A stretch of 64,000 bases of DNA from Halodesulfurarchaeum sp. (GCA_034520565.1 JAXHNL010000002.1:448001-512000); one strand, 5' to 3'; counted from the first letter of the stretch, positions 20,042-30,402 are shown. The notes: generated by a model not told the origin, from the sequence alone. Program-made: numbers and translations.

Positions 20042-21409
20042 ATGTCACAAGAAAATCGTCACCCGAATCACCCCAGTATCGATCAATCGGATCGCACCAT
20101 TCCACGAAATCTGCGCCAAACGGGCGGCGCGGATATCGACCTCCTGATCTCCACCCGCGTCCGGCAGTCGCCGTTCTGGCACCGCTCCATCGAGGAGGGG
20201 GCCTGGCAGGCGACCACCTACAATCACATGTACCACCCGCGTGCGTACATCGACCCCGAAGACGGCGGACTGGAAGCCGAGTACGAAATGCTGGTCAACG
20301 ACGTCGCACTGTTCGACGTCGCCGTCGAGCGCCAGATTCGGGTCAAGGGGCCGGATGCCGAGTCCTTTGTCAACTACGTCATCACCCGGGATGCGACCGA
20401 AATCGAGACGAACCGTGGCAAGTACGCCATCTGCTGCAACCAGGACGGCGGCATTCTCAACGACTTCGTCCTGCTGCGCCCCGAGGACGACGAGTTCTGG
20501 TTCTCGGTCGCCGACTCGGACTTGCTTCTGTGGTTGCAGGGCGTTGCCGTCGACACTGACTTCGAGGTCGACATCGACGAGCTCGACGTCTCGCCGATGC
20601 AGGTTCAGGGCCCGAAATCCATCGACGTGATTGAAGCCCTCTTCGGCGACGTGGTCGAGGACATTCCCTACTACGGGTTGCTGGAATCCACGATCGACGG
20701 GGTTCCGGTCCTGTTGAGCCAGACGGGCTTTTCCGGGGAGTTGGGATTCGAAATCTTCGTCCGCGAGGCGACGAAGAACGCCGAGGCCGTCTGGGATCCG
20801 GTGCTCGAAACGGTCAAAGATCACGGCGGTGGCGTGACCGCGGTCTCCCATCATCGCCGTGTCGCCGCCGGAATCCTGTCACTGGGTCAGGACATGGACC
20901 ACGAGAACTCGCCGTTCCAGGTCAATCTCGGCTATCAGGTTCCCGAGGACAAGGAGGCGGACTACGTCGGCAAGGCCGAACTGGAACGGCAGAAGGAAGT
21001 CGTCGAAAGCGGCGGGTTCCCATTCACGCACAAAATGGTCGGCCTCAAAATCGCGGGCGAGCCGATCCGGGAGTGGGCACCGGACTTCTGGCTCATCTCG
21101 GACCCGGAAACCGGCGAGGAATGTGGCTATCTGACCTCGGCGTGGTGGAATCCGGAACTCGAGACCAATATCGGCCTGGGATACGTGCCGGCGGAGAAGT
21201 TGCAGGCCGCCACCGACGTGCCGCTCAACGACGCGATATATGACGCCGACGTCGACGTCGAGTTCGCCGTCCACCTCCCGGACGAATACGCGGCGGAACC
21301 GGGCGAACCTGTATATGCGACGGTCGCGAAGGTTCCGTTCAAGGAGTCAGCCAATCCCAGTGCTCGCGAACAGGCCAAGATTCACGACAAAACCGATACC
21401 GCGGAGTGA
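20042..21409 (+). CDS. Aminomethyltransferase (GcvT/DmdA-like, THF-dependent) family protein
   Basis: VALFDVAVERQIRVKGPDA, GGILNDFVLLR, QVQGPKS and SQTGFSGELGFEI motifs. Confidence 0.88.
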   Translation: MSQENRHPNHPSIDQSDRTIPRNLRQTGGADIDLLISTRVRQSPFWHRSIEEGAWQATTYNHMYHPRAYIDPEDGGLEAEYEMLVNDVALFDVAVERQIRVKGPDAESFVNYVITRDATEIETNRGKYAICCNQDGGILNDFVLLRPEDDEFWFSVADSDLLLWLQGVAVDTDFEVDIDELDVSPMQVQGPKSIDVIEALFGDVVEDIPYYGLLESTIDGVPVLLSQTGFSGELGFEIFVREATKNAEAVWDPVLETVKDHGGGVTAVSHHRRVAAGILSLGQDMDHENSPFQVNLGYQVPEDKEADYVGKAELERQKEVVESGGFPFTHKMVGLKIAGEPIREWAPDFWLISDPETGEECGYLTSAWWNPELETNIGLGYVPAEKLQAATDVPLNDAIYDADVDVEFAVHLPDEYAAEPGEPVYATVAKVPFKESANPSAREQAKIHDKTDTAE

Positions 21410-21466
21410 GCGTCGGTCACCAGTAGCGCAGTGCACAGCTGCTCACAGTTGCGTTCCGAGAACCCA

Positions 21467-22132
21467 ATGACTGGAATTAGCGCGGTCGTTCGAGTGGAGC
21501 ATCCGGACATCGTACTCACAGAGACAGTTACACACGACGGAAGTGCGAAAGTCGAATCGGTGTCTGAGGCAGGAACTGACCCGAAATCGGGGAAATTCTT
21601 CTATCACATCACGTCGACTGATTTCGGTCGGTTCGAAGACGGATTGCGGAGTGATCGGACGATCGGTGAATTCGAGCGAGTCATCGAAACCGGAGCCGAG
21701 CAAGCGATCTATCGCTTCGAGTATGCAGACGAAGCGAAGATCCTCTCGCCGATAATTTCGGCCGCAAACGGCGTCATCCTCGACATGAAAAACGAGGATT
21801 CCACGTGGCTCCTCACCGTATGGATGTCCGAAAGAGCGGACTTGGACCAGCTCTGGGACTATGCGCGACAGCACGACGTCGATATCGAGTTGTTGCGTCT
21901 GAACGAATACGGTCGACTGGGGACTGCGGACGTCGGAGTGACCGAGAGCCAACGAGAGGCGCTGCTCGTCGCATTCGAAAAGGGGTATTTCGAAGAGCCC
22001 CGGAACGCAACTCTCAGCCAGGTGGCCACAGCGCTGGATGTCTCGCAACCGGCAGCCGGTGGCCTCATTCGACGTGGAACGAAGCGACTCGTCGAGTCGT
22101 GTCTGCTGAGCGATCGCGAAGACCCGAAGTGA
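21467..22132 (+). CDS. Bacterio-opsin activator (HTH_10) family transcriptional regulator
   Basis: C-terminal VTESQREALLVAFEKGYFEEPRNATLSQVA...IRRG. Confidence 0.9.
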   Translation: MTGISAVVRVEHPDIVLTETVTHDGSAKVESVSEAGTDPKSGKFFYHITSTDFGRFEDGLRSDRTIGEFERVIETGAEQAIYRFEYADEAKILSPIISAANGVILDMKNEDSTWLLTVWMSERADLDQLWDYARQHDVDIELLRLNEYGRLGTADVGVTESQREALLVAFEKGYFEEPRNATLSQVATALDVSQPAAGGLIRRGTKRLVESCLLSDREDPK

Positions 22133-22225
22133 ACGGATCCCAAAGGGGTTTGCCGCGAAAGCGTGCGGTACCACGTGTGACCGGGGCTTCGACGGCTTTT
22201 TTGGGACCCGCCCGAAACGACCGCC

Positions 22226-22426
22226 ATGGAAATCGAAGGAGAGATGCTCCGTCAAACCGGTCTGGCCGTGATCGGTGTCGCGGTCTTCATCGCCTTTCTC
22301 ATCGCCGGTAGCACGATGGGCGCCGCGGCGGGCTCGCAAACCGGCACGCTCGTCATGGTCGCCGGGATCGTCGCGTTCATCGTCGTCATGGGCGCCCTCG
22401 GGCTGCTCTTTCTCGACGGGGATTAA
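22226..22426 (+). CDS. Small two-TM membrane protein
   Basis: 66-aa ORF with two hydrophobic helices and host-like codons. Confidence 0.7.
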   Translation: MEIEGEMLRQTGLAVIGVAVFIAFLIAGSTMGAAAGSQTGTLVMVAGIVAFIVVMGALGLLFLDGD

Positions 22427-23589
22427 TCCTCGGTGACTTCGCCGGCGTCAGTCGCGTCGGCCGCCGCTCCGGAATCCCCAGTGTCTCTACCGTCCGATTC
22501 GGCAGCCTCGCCGTCGCCGTCTTCGTCATCGACTTTTTCCCCTCGCTCCCGCCAGTCCGTGTGCTCCTCGGCCTCGTCGTCGAGTTTGACCTCGTAGTAG
22601 GACAGTGGATGGGAGATCGCATCACAGAGGTCGTCGGGATTCACACAGTCTCCATAGGCCTTCATCGTGGCACACGCCGGGGCCGTGTACTCCGTGGGGC
22701 TCGTGTCCCCACGGATGTGATCGGTCTGGTAACGAGTCATCTCCTCGCCGAAGCCCGGGTTCGTCCGATAGAGGTCGACGATCTCGTCCGTCGTGAGGCC
22801 GATGTTCGTGAGAAACGAGGTGATCGCAAAGCGGGAGTGGTGGGCGAGGTGTTCGCCCTGCTGGATCCGGTCGAGGAGGTGCTGCATGCAGGGCGGGAAC
22901 AGCTCGGGGACGACGGTGTCGATCTCCCGGGTGAGGTCAAGCTCCTCCAGTGTCGACTCGATTTCGGCGACCGACTCGCCCAGTTCGCTCGCGATCGAGT
23001 CCGGGACGGAGAGTGGGAGCCCCTCCTCCACCCGTTCCCTGACGGCCCGTTCGAGGAGCGTGTCCAGTTCGTCGGCCGTGACACGGACCCAGCCGTCATC
23101 GAGGATGCGAGTCGAAAGACGCCACGTGCTCTGGCGCAGCGACGCCGAATAGGTGAGGTACTCACTCACTTGCATATCGAAGCCCGAATCGGACCTGCGG
23201 ACGGCCGATTCGAGATCGAACTCCCGGAGTAGCGTGTCCCGCGAGAGCGTCGGGGTGCCGACGGAGGCGATCTCGTCCTCGTCGGCGAAGTCCGTCTCGA
23301 AGCGCTCGCGGGCCGCCTCGGCCTCCGCGTCGGCGTAGCGCTGTCTGACGATCGAGGCGTCGACGAGCGAGGCGATGACCCGGGCGACCGGGTAGGAGAG
23401 CAGTTCGACCCGCGTCGAGCGGGCGGCCGGCCCGATTTCGCGGTCCGTCAGCGCCCGTTCGACTCGCTCCTGGGCCCGGTCCACGACCGCCTCGTCGTCG
23501 GCGACGATGGCCTCGAGGTCCACGCCCGCTTCCTCGACGGCCGCGCGAGATTCCCGGAGGAAGGGATAGCGGGCGTGATAGGCGTCCAT
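22423..23589 (-). CDS. priL: DNA primase large subunit
   Basis: YPFL start, FPPCM, HHSRFAITSFL, TRYQTDHI, YTAPACATM..C..C Fe-S ligands. Confidence 0.95.
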   Translation of the reverse strand: MDAYHARYPFLRESRAAVEEAGVDLEAIVADDEAVVDRAQERVERALTDREIGPAARSTRVELLSYPVARVIASLVDASIVRQRYADAEAEAARERFETDFADEDEIASVGTPTLSRDTLLREFDLESAVRRSDSGFDMQVSEYLTYSASLRQSTWRLSTRILDDGWVRVTADELDTLLERAVRERVEEGLPLSVPDSIASELGESVAEIESTLEELDLTREIDTVVPELFPPCMQHLLDRIQQGEHLAHHSRFAITSFLTNIGLTTDEIVDLYRTNPGFGEEMTRYQTDHIRGDTSPTEYTAPACATMKAYGDCVNPDDLCDAISHPLSYYEVKLDDEAEEHTDWRERGEKVDDEDGDGEAAESDGRDTGDSGAAADATDAGEVTED

Positions 23590-23673
23590 CGGGGGGAGTT
23601 CCCACTCGAAGCCGATAAAGCCCTCGCCCGGTCACCCGAAAGCTCCAACTCCCGCGCCCACCGAGTGAGTTTC

Positions 23674-24306
23674 ATGCAACTTGCCCCCGGCACGTGGCGA
23701 CTCGCGGGTCCGATCTTGGGGGCGGGAGCGGTGGGGCTGCTCGTTTCCCCGCTGCTCGGGCTGGGGTTGACTGTCCTCGCCGTGTTCGTCATCTGGTTCC
23801 ACCGGGATCCCGAGCGCACGGACCCGCCGGAGGGGGTGCTCGCCCCGGCCGATGGAACCGTGTCCGTGATTCGGACCGAAACCGACGACGAACGGGCCGG
23901 CACGGACGAACAGGGAACCGAACGGGTTCGAGTGGGGGTGTTCATGAACGTGACCGACGTGCACGTCAACCGCGCTCCGGTTTCGGGGACAATCGGGGCC
24001 GTCGAGCACGTCAAGGGCGGGCACTGGCCGGCCTTCTCGAAGGACGCCGACCGGAACGAGCGCCTGCACGTCGATATCGGGGACACGCGAGTGACGCTCA
24101 TCGCCGGAACGGTCGCCCGACGCATTCATGCACACGTGTCGCCGGGAGAGCGGATCGAGCGGGGCGAGCGGATCGGGCACGTCTCCTTCGGGAGTCGGGC
24201 GGACGTCCTCCTTCCGGAGCGATTCGATCCCGCCAACCTCGCGGTCGAACCGGGCGAAGCCGTGCGGGCGGGGGAGTCGGTCATTGCCGTCGAGCCCGAG
24301 AGCTGA
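23674..24306 (+). CDS. psd: Archaetidylserine (phosphatidylserine) decarboxylase proenzyme
   Basis: FHRDPER, APADG, VFMNVTDVHVNRAP, NER and FGSRADV cleavage motif. Confidence 0.9.
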   Translation: MQLAPGTWRLAGPILGAGAVGLLVSPLLGLGLTVLAVFVIWFHRDPERTDPPEGVLAPADGTVSVIRTETDDERAGTDEQGTERVRVGVFMNVTDVHVNRAPVSGTIGAVEHVKGGHWPAFSKDADRNERLHVDIGDTRVTLIAGTVARRIHAHVSPGERIERGERIGHVSFGSRADVLLPERFDPANLAVEPGEAVRAGESVIAVEPES

Positions 24307-24353
24307 GCGGATGGAACCGCGGCTTTTTGTCGGTCGGGTACGCGAATCGTGGT

Positions 24354-25043
24354 ATGAGCGATGGCGGAACGAACGCGGGGCGAAAGCGGCTGGCCGGCGA
24401 GCGGGCGGCCGCGATGGTCGAGGACGGTGACGTCGTGGGCCTCGGGACGGGCAGTACCGCCGCCTGCGCGATCGAGGCGCTCGGCACGGCCGTTTCGGAG
24501 GGGCTGGACGTTCGGGGCATCCCGACCTCATATCAATCGCGGGCACTGGCGCTCGACACCGGCATCCCCCTCACGGCGCTCGACGCTGTCGACGGGGTCG
24601 ACGTCGCGATCGACGGGGCCGACGAAGTGGCCGACGGCAATCTAATCAAGGGCGGCGGCGCGGCCCACGCCCGCGAGAAAATCGTCGACGCGGCTGCGGA
24701 TCGGTTCGTCGTCGTGGTCGACGACACGAAGGAGGTCGAAACGCTCGCCCATCCCGTGCCGGTCGAAGTCGTGCCAAATGCGCTCCCGCCGGTTCGTGAG
24801 GCGGTCGCCGATCTCGGCGGGGAGCCGACCCTCCGGAGTGCGGGGCAGAAGGACGGGCCAGTGATCACCCAGCACGGGAACTTCGTTCTCGACTGCGATT
24901 TCGGTGAGCTCGAGGACCCGGCGGGACTCGCCACGGAACTCTCGACCCTGCCGGGGGTGCTCGAACACGGGCTGTTCGTCGGACTCGCAGACGAGATCGT
25001 CGTGGGCGGACCCGACGGTGTACAGGTTCGTTCGGTTCGCTGA
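24354..25043 (+). CDS. rpiA: Ribose-5-phosphate isomerase A
   Basis: GLGTGSTA, IDGADEV, LIKGGGAAHAREKIV, GVLEHGLF. Confidence 0.96.
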   Translation: MSDGGTNAGRKRLAGERAAAMVEDGDVVGLGTGSTAACAIEALGTAVSEGLDVRGIPTSYQSRALALDTGIPLTALDAVDGVDVAIDGADEVADGNLIKGGGAAHAREKIVDAAADRFVVVVDDTKEVETLAHPVPVEVVPNALPPVREAVADLGGEPTLRSAGQKDGPVITQHGNFVLDCDFGELEDPAGLATELSTLPGVLEHGLFVGLADEIVVGGPDGVQVRSVR

Positions 25044-25061
25044 GAAGGGGAGCCAGCCGGC

Positions 25062-25229
25062 TTACAGGTCGCGTGGCTGGACCGTCTTTCGGCCGTTCGC
25101 CTCGGCCCGACGGCCGGCGTCGGCGAGGAGGTCGTCGACGCGCTCGTCGAGCGCATCGTAGAAGTCCGAAGAGACGTTTTTGTCGTCGAGTGCTTCCTTC
25201 ACGGCGGCTTTGACGATCAGGTCTGCCAT
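25062..25229 (-). CDS. DUF1931-family small histone-fold protein
   Basis: MADLIVKAAVKE...RAEANGRKTVQPRDL, with histone-fold RxTxxxxD motif. Confidence 0.88.
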   Translation of the reverse strand: MADLIVKAAVKEALDDKNVSSDFYDALDERVDDLLADAGRRAEANGRKTVQPRDL

Positions 25230-25347
25230 ACGAACCTGTTTTCCCAACGGCACCTAATAAACGTTCCCAAATCATGCGCGATAGGGCCCACAGCGGGGGT
25301 TTCCATGGTGAACGGGACGGAACGGCGCGGAAACCCGGCGGGATCGT

Positions 25348-26010
25348 TCATCTCCCGCCCGGCCAACCGGACGAACGCAATTCGCCCGACAGCGTCGACG
25401 TGACTCGTTTTGCCTTCTCGCTGGTGTCGGACTCGATGACGCCGGCAGATTCGAGATCCTGGACGTGTCGAATGACGGTACTTTTCGAGGAGTCCGTTTC
25501 CTCGGCGAGTTTCGTGAGAGAAAGCCAGTCCCCGTCGGTTACGATCGTCGCAAGCGTCTCTCTCGCCCGCGCGGGCACCTGTGCCATCACGTTCGGGAGT
25601 GAAACGGCGCGAACGTCGTGATCGAGGTCGCTGAAAAACAGCGTGTGATCGACCTCGTTCGGCAGGGCAAGCGAGGCGACGGTCAAGGGCAACAACACGT
25701 CCCGTGCACCGCCACCCAGAGAGAGGATCGTCTTCGAATCAGCCGGCGTCGCTCGGATGATCCGAGTGCATTCCCGAATCGTGGTCTCGAAGTCCTCGAC
25801 GGAGACGCGCTCGACGTCGACGGTCGCGGCCGGTTCAATTTCGTGCAGTAGTTGCTCGACGTCTGCAATCGCCTGATTCGCCCGTTCCGTGTCCGATTCG
25901 CTCTCCGGGCGGATCATAATCACCGAATCGTCCGTGCTCAGTCCGGTCGTCACGACCGGACGGGTGACCCGACGCGTATCGTAGCCGATTGGTGTGAGGT
26001 ACGTTCGCAC
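25348..26010 (-). CDS. csa3: CRISPR-associated CARF-HTH regulator Csa3
   Basis: MRTYLTPIGYD N-terminus, LSLGGGARD CARF motif, C-terminal wHTH (SKSTVIRHVQDLESAGVI); divergent from cas6. Confidence 0.88.
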   Translation of the reverse strand: MRTYLTPIGYDTRRVTRPVVTTGLSTDDSVIMIRPESESDTERANQAIADVEQLLHEIEPAATVDVERVSVEDFETTIRECTRIIRATPADSKTILSLGGGARDVLLPLTVASLALPNEVDHTLFFSDLDHDVRAVSLPNVMAQVPARARETLATIVTDGDWLSLTKLAEETDSSKSTVIRHVQDLESAGVIESDTSEKAKRVTSTLSGELRSSGWPGGR

Positions 26011-26146
26011 GCATTTGCTCTCAATCGCCAGTAAGAAATGGCTATCGCTGCACGAGGGCGGATTGTGTGCGGAATGGATGCAGCGGAGCGAATATATTGT
26101 TACTTTTCAAATAAGTTTTAAGTGGGTATCGGCAGAACGCGGTGGC

Positions 26147-27037
26147 ATGCCGACCACCGAGGGACTGGAACCGCAGTCCAGTTCGAGGCTTCGACGGATC
26201 GAGGCGACGCTCTCACCCGAATCGCGATTTCCGGTCCCGCAGTCGGACGGATACTCGGTATACTCGGCATTGTTGTCAGTGCTCTCGAACGTGGACGAGT
26301 CCGTGGGGGAACGCGTCCACGACTCCCAGCTCGGCAGTCTCCACTCGAGTGGATTGCGAGGGCTCTTCGGCGAGAGCGAGCGGCCACATCACAAGACCCT
26401 CCTCCCGGACGAGACGTACACACTCTCGCTCGGAATCGTCCACCCCGACGACGCGGCAGTATTTCAGGCCCTCGTCAACGCGCTCGTTCTGGAAGGCGAG
26501 TCTATCGAGTTGAGTCACGGCTCACTCGCCGTGGAGCGCTTCGAGAGCGAGAACGCGAGCCACCAGGAGTTGCTCAAGCGTGCCGCCGAATTCGAGAACC
26601 CCACGATTCAGATGACGTTTCGTTCCCCCACCTGTATCGAGGAGGCCGGCGAGGTGACGACGATGTTTCCCCACCGGTGGGCCGTGTTCAACTCGCTTCT
26701 GGGGAAGTGGAACCGTTCGGCACCGGATGAGTTGGAACTGGACTTCGAGCGGGCGGCCCTAAAGGAACACCTGATCGAGAAGCCCGACCCGGGTCGGCAC
26801 GGAGAGTATGGGTTCGAGACCCACAGCGTGCTGGTCAATCGGGTGAAGACCGAGGACGGCGAGAACCGGAACCTGTTCTCACAGGGGTTCACTGGCACGT
26901 GTGCGTACGAGTTCAAGGACGCGAGCGAGAGTCTAGAAAACGCGGTGACTGCGCTGGCGCTGTTCGGTGGGTATAGTGGAGTGGGAAGTTCGGTGGCGAG
27001 GGGCTGTGGGGAAGTGGAGGTGAATGTGAAAGAATGA
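26147..27037 (+). CDS. cas6: CRISPR pre-crRNA endoribonuclease Cas6
   Basis: FRSPT, GFTG and C-terminal G-rich loop YSGVGSSVARGCG. Confidence 0.92.
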   Translation: MPTTEGLEPQSSSRLRRIEATLSPESRFPVPQSDGYSVYSALLSVLSNVDESVGERVHDSQLGSLHSSGLRGLFGESERPHHKTLLPDETYTLSLGIVHPDDAAVFQALVNALVLEGESIELSHGSLAVERFESENASHQELLKRAAEFENPTIQMTFRSPTCIEEAGEVTTMFPHRWAVFNSLLGKWNRSAPDELELDFERAALKEHLIEKPDPGRHGEYGFETHSVLVNRVKTEDGENRNLFSQGFTGTCAYEFKDASESLENAVTALALFGGYSGVGSSVARGCGEVEVNVKE

Positions 27038-29454
27038 CACAAACCGACGGATCGATAATCCAAGCCACACAAGAAGCCCATTCATGGATAGTCGGTAAGC
27101 TTTACCCGAAAATCATTGCGCAAGCGGGGGAGTTCGATTCGAAACTAAAGCAGGAGGAGAACACGTCATTAGCAGCCCATATTTTAAATTCCGTCACGGT
27201 TGCTGTAAACTCCTTTGTGTATGATGCGTTCTCGCCCGGGGAGGAGATTGGGGATTATGAGAAGGAAATTAGCGTATTGGCGTCTGCAACTGCTCTTCAC
27301 GACACGAACAAATATGTGCGAGAGCGTTATGGCTTCGACGCGAATGCGAATACTGAAACCGCCTTCGACGTCTATTTTGGCGATCACGAGGATTTCGATA
27401 TCGAGGGCGATGACTTCGGAATCGAGGAGTTTCTCGGGGAGGGGTATCGCGATGACCTCCTGTACTTAGTCCAACGATGTGAGATTGGTGAGGACACCAG
27501 AGAATCCCGGAGTGTCGAAACGAAATTCCGTGGCCTCGAGGATTACGTCCGAATCGGCGATCAAGTCGCGTCAATCGCCCAACGGGACGGAGTTGGCGGG
27601 GTCTACCGAAAGCTCGTAGAGAAATTCGGCGAAAAGCACGCTCAGCAGCTGTCCTTCGACTCCCTCGAACAACCCTTACTGAATGATTTACTGGTTGGAT
27701 CGGTAAAAGAAATCATAGGCGGCAAAGCTGATCACGATGGCGTTGGTGTGCCAATTGGAAGTACTACTGATTCGATCGTCTATCTCGGCGAAGAAATTGA
27801 ACGAACAGCGCTTCAAAAGCAGGTTGAAGCAACTCTTCCAAAACGGATCGAAGATGAGTTTGATTTCTCGTGCAAGCTCAACTGGAACGCGTTTGACTAT
27901 GACATCCTTGATGAAGTCGGCATTCCAGTCGAAAGAAAAGAGGACATCATCGCAGAAGCGTTTCGCGAATTACTTCGCGATGGAACAGCCGGAGTCGACG
28001 GGTTCGAGTATATCCCTGAAGACTTCGATCAATTCTTCCCGATCTTGGGGAAAGCTATCTATCTCGACGGAATATGTGAGTTTGACGACGAAACGGTCCA
28101 ATCAGCTTACGACGAAATCCGGGAAGAACAAGGCGGCCAGAAAGTAAAAATTCACTTCATTGCCTATTTGATTCGTGAATTCGATCAGCATCGAGAGTTC
28201 CTTGAGTCGCTTGCTTCGGATATCCGCCCAGAACTCCACGAAGATCTCGTTCCAGAAAGTGACGCCATCGGAAGGGCGGTGGATCGGTTCTTTGGAAAAG
28301 CGCCCATAAAATCGCTTGGCTCAAAGTCGGGAATGTGTTTCCTTTGTGGCGAAGAAACGGAGACCAAGTATCAGAAAGGACTGACTGGGATCTATCGAAC
28401 ACAGGAATATTCGCGTCGTGTTGAACCACACGCGAAATATAAATCGATCTGTGAGGTGTGCAATCTCGAATACGCACTCCTTGCAGACATTTGTGAGGAG
28501 AGTGGAATAAGCACCAGCAACGACATCGAAGTCGCATATTTCTACTTCGATGACTTCCTCGGAGATGTCCAGGTCCGGGGTCGCCGCTCAGGAAGTATAA
28601 TCCAAGATGATACCATCGACATCGACGACACGGAAGTTACGAAGACTCTCATTGGGCCGCAGTACTTCCTCCAGCCCTTCTACATAATTGACGAAAATCA
28701 CCGGATGGCAGTCGTCCGCCAAATCATGCGGACGGCCCAGGAATCTGGGATGAAGGTGGTGATCGGACGCCCGTTCACGCGCTTCCGGAGTGCCGACTCC
28801 GTTTTCACGGACGAAGAAGCCACCCGACCACAAGAACTCCTGGGACTTGACGAAGCGGAGCGGTTCGGTCCGTTGCCCAATTTCGCTAATCGAACGACGG
28901 ATTCACACCTCCGTCGAGCACTTTCGTTGTTCAAAATTATGAGTATGGTTGGCATGGATGCGAACATGTCCAACCCGTACTTGCAACTCGATCAGGATAC
29001 GTTCCACAGCATCACGAATTTCGCGGTGGTCAATCACGACAACGCAACGGGACTGCCAGACCTCAAATCGTACCTCGAAACGTACCATGAAGACGCACTC
29101 ATGAACATGCAAACAGTGGCAGAACGGGGCATCGAGCTCTTTGGCAAACAATTCGACAGTAAATACAAGAAAACGAAGGTCTTCCGCGAGGCGTTAGATG
29201 CCTTCCTCAGCGGCATGCATCAAGACATGGATGAAACGGAGTTGCTGGAATACGTCGAAAGCCAGGTGTACGCGGCTGCGGACCGGGAAGATTACGCCGG
29301 GCATGTGACGACCGAAGAAGCTGAAGCCTTCGTCGAAGCGCTCCGATCGTACCTTGTCGAGAACGACCTGTACGATCTGAAGAAACTCTCGGACTGGGAA
29401 GACGCGCTGGTGAACTCGTATTACTACGCGTACGACCAACTCCTCTACGACTAA
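27034..29454 (+). CDS. cas10d: Type I-D large subunit Cas10d (Csc3) with N-terminal HD domain
   Basis: SLAAHILN...ALHDTNK HD motif, CFLCG/CEVC zinc finger, helical C-terminus; lies between cas6 and cas7, and the downstream Cas3 lacks an HD domain. Confidence 0.82.
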   Translation: MTQTDGSIIQATQEAHSWIVGKLYPKIIAQAGEFDSKLKQEENTSLAAHILNSVTVAVNSFVYDAFSPGEEIGDYEKEISVLASATALHDTNKYVRERYGFDANANTETAFDVYFGDHEDFDIEGDDFGIEEFLGEGYRDDLLYLVQRCEIGEDTRESRSVETKFRGLEDYVRIGDQVASIAQRDGVGGVYRKLVEKFGEKHAQQLSFDSLEQPLLNDLLVGSVKEIIGGKADHDGVGVPIGSTTDSIVYLGEEIERTALQKQVEATLPKRIEDEFDFSCKLNWNAFDYDILDEVGIPVERKEDIIAEAFRELLRDGTAGVDGFEYIPEDFDQFFPILGKAIYLDGICEFDDETVQSAYDEIREEQGGQKVKIHFIAYLIREFDQHREFLESLASDIRPELHEDLVPESDAIGRAVDRFFGKAPIKSLGSKSGMCFLCGEETETKYQKGLTGIYRTQEYSRRVEPHAKYKSICEVCNLEYALLADICEESGISTSNDIEVAYFYFDDFLGDVQVRGRRSGSIIQDDTIDIDDTEVTKTLIGPQYFLQPFYIIDENHRMAVVRQIMRTAQESGMKVVIGRPFTRFRSADSVFTDEEATRPQELLGLDEAERFGPLPNFANRTTDSHLRRALSLFKIMSMVGMDANMSNPYLQLDQDTFHSITNFAVVNHDNATGLPDLKSYLETYHEDALMNMQTVAERGIELFGKQFDSKYKKTKVFREALDAFLSGMHQDMDETELLEYVESQVYAAADREDYAGHVTTEEAEAFVEALRSYLVENDLYDLKKLSDWEDALVNSYYYAYDQLLYD

Positions 29455-29456
29455 CA

Positions 29457-30402
29457 ATGACACTCGAAACCCCCGATAAAGGCCTCGTGGAATCGTTCGA
29501 CATCTACCGAAAGCGCAAGCCGTCGACGACGCTCATCGTTCGACGGGACATTCTCGAACCGACGCTGTTCAGGAACTCGAACCACGATCGGGCTGAGACA
29601 CAAGAATTCGGTGACAAACTCCACGCCCAGGTGAATGGGGAGAAGTTCACGAGTAAGGAGCGACTGACTGGGCTTGATCTCCTGCGCCGATTGGACGACG
29701 AGCTGGTCCATGAAGAGTACGCCTACAACGAGCCGACCAATCTCGAAGAGTCGCTCAATGTCGGGACTGTTACTTACGGTCTTGCTGGAACTGGCGACCA
29801 GGATTTCGCGTTCAAATCCCGGGTCGTCGAGGGATACACATACACGACTGAAGAGTACGATCTGATGAACAAGGAGACACGAAACGCCGTCCACGAATCG
29901 GGGACGATGCGGAATGAGGAAGGAGAGCAGTCCGAAGCGCTCTTCGATTTCGTCAAAGTTCAACCCGGAAATTCACTCATCCATTTCATTACGCTCGAAG
30001 CTGCAACTCCCGAAATGTTGCTGTATGTCATGCACAACGTGTTGAATACTGGCAAATACGGTGCCAGGGAAACTCGAACCGGGCGGAACGTCAGAAACGA
30101 AATCCTCGGAGTCGTGCTCGGCAACCACGACACCTCACTTTCGACTGGGGAACTCCTCATGGAATATCACGCTCCGGATGAAGATCCGATCGAAAGTATT
30201 GGGGAGTATATTTCGGGCTACTCGGCGATCCGATTGGGAAGTCTACGGTGACATCCCGGGTGCGGACTCGTTCCCATCATGGTTTACACAAATGAAAGCA
30301 GTAGCAGCGCGGGAAACTGACGACGCCGATGATGTCCTCGCAGAGGAGTTCGCGTCCCTAACCGCGACAGCCAGGGAAACTTTCGGTCTTGGGGATGATT
30401 GA
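29457..30402 (+). CDS. cas7: Type I-D Cas7 (Csc2), apparent +1 frameshift near 30215
   Basis: KFTSKERLTG, FKSRV, RNAVHESGTM and YGARETRTG motifs; removing one G of TCGGG joins it to ...ATRRSDWEVYG...GLGDD*. Confidence 0.82.

Noticed and set aside
19429-22225. Integrative element at tRNA-Leu
   Set aside because: No integrase and no duplicated tRNA 3' end (att site) were found downstream.
26584-26592. 9-nt match (CGCCGAATT) in cas6 to the start of the mini-array spacer
   Set aside because: Too short for this GC-rich sequence (8-nt matches also occur near 23143 and 31673), intragenic, and the 5' flank TGC is not a GTN-type PAM.
26011-27040. creTA-type element at the canonical position around cas6
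   Set aside because: cas6 overlaps cas10d (ATGA), and the csa3-cas6 gap has no repeat-like sequence.
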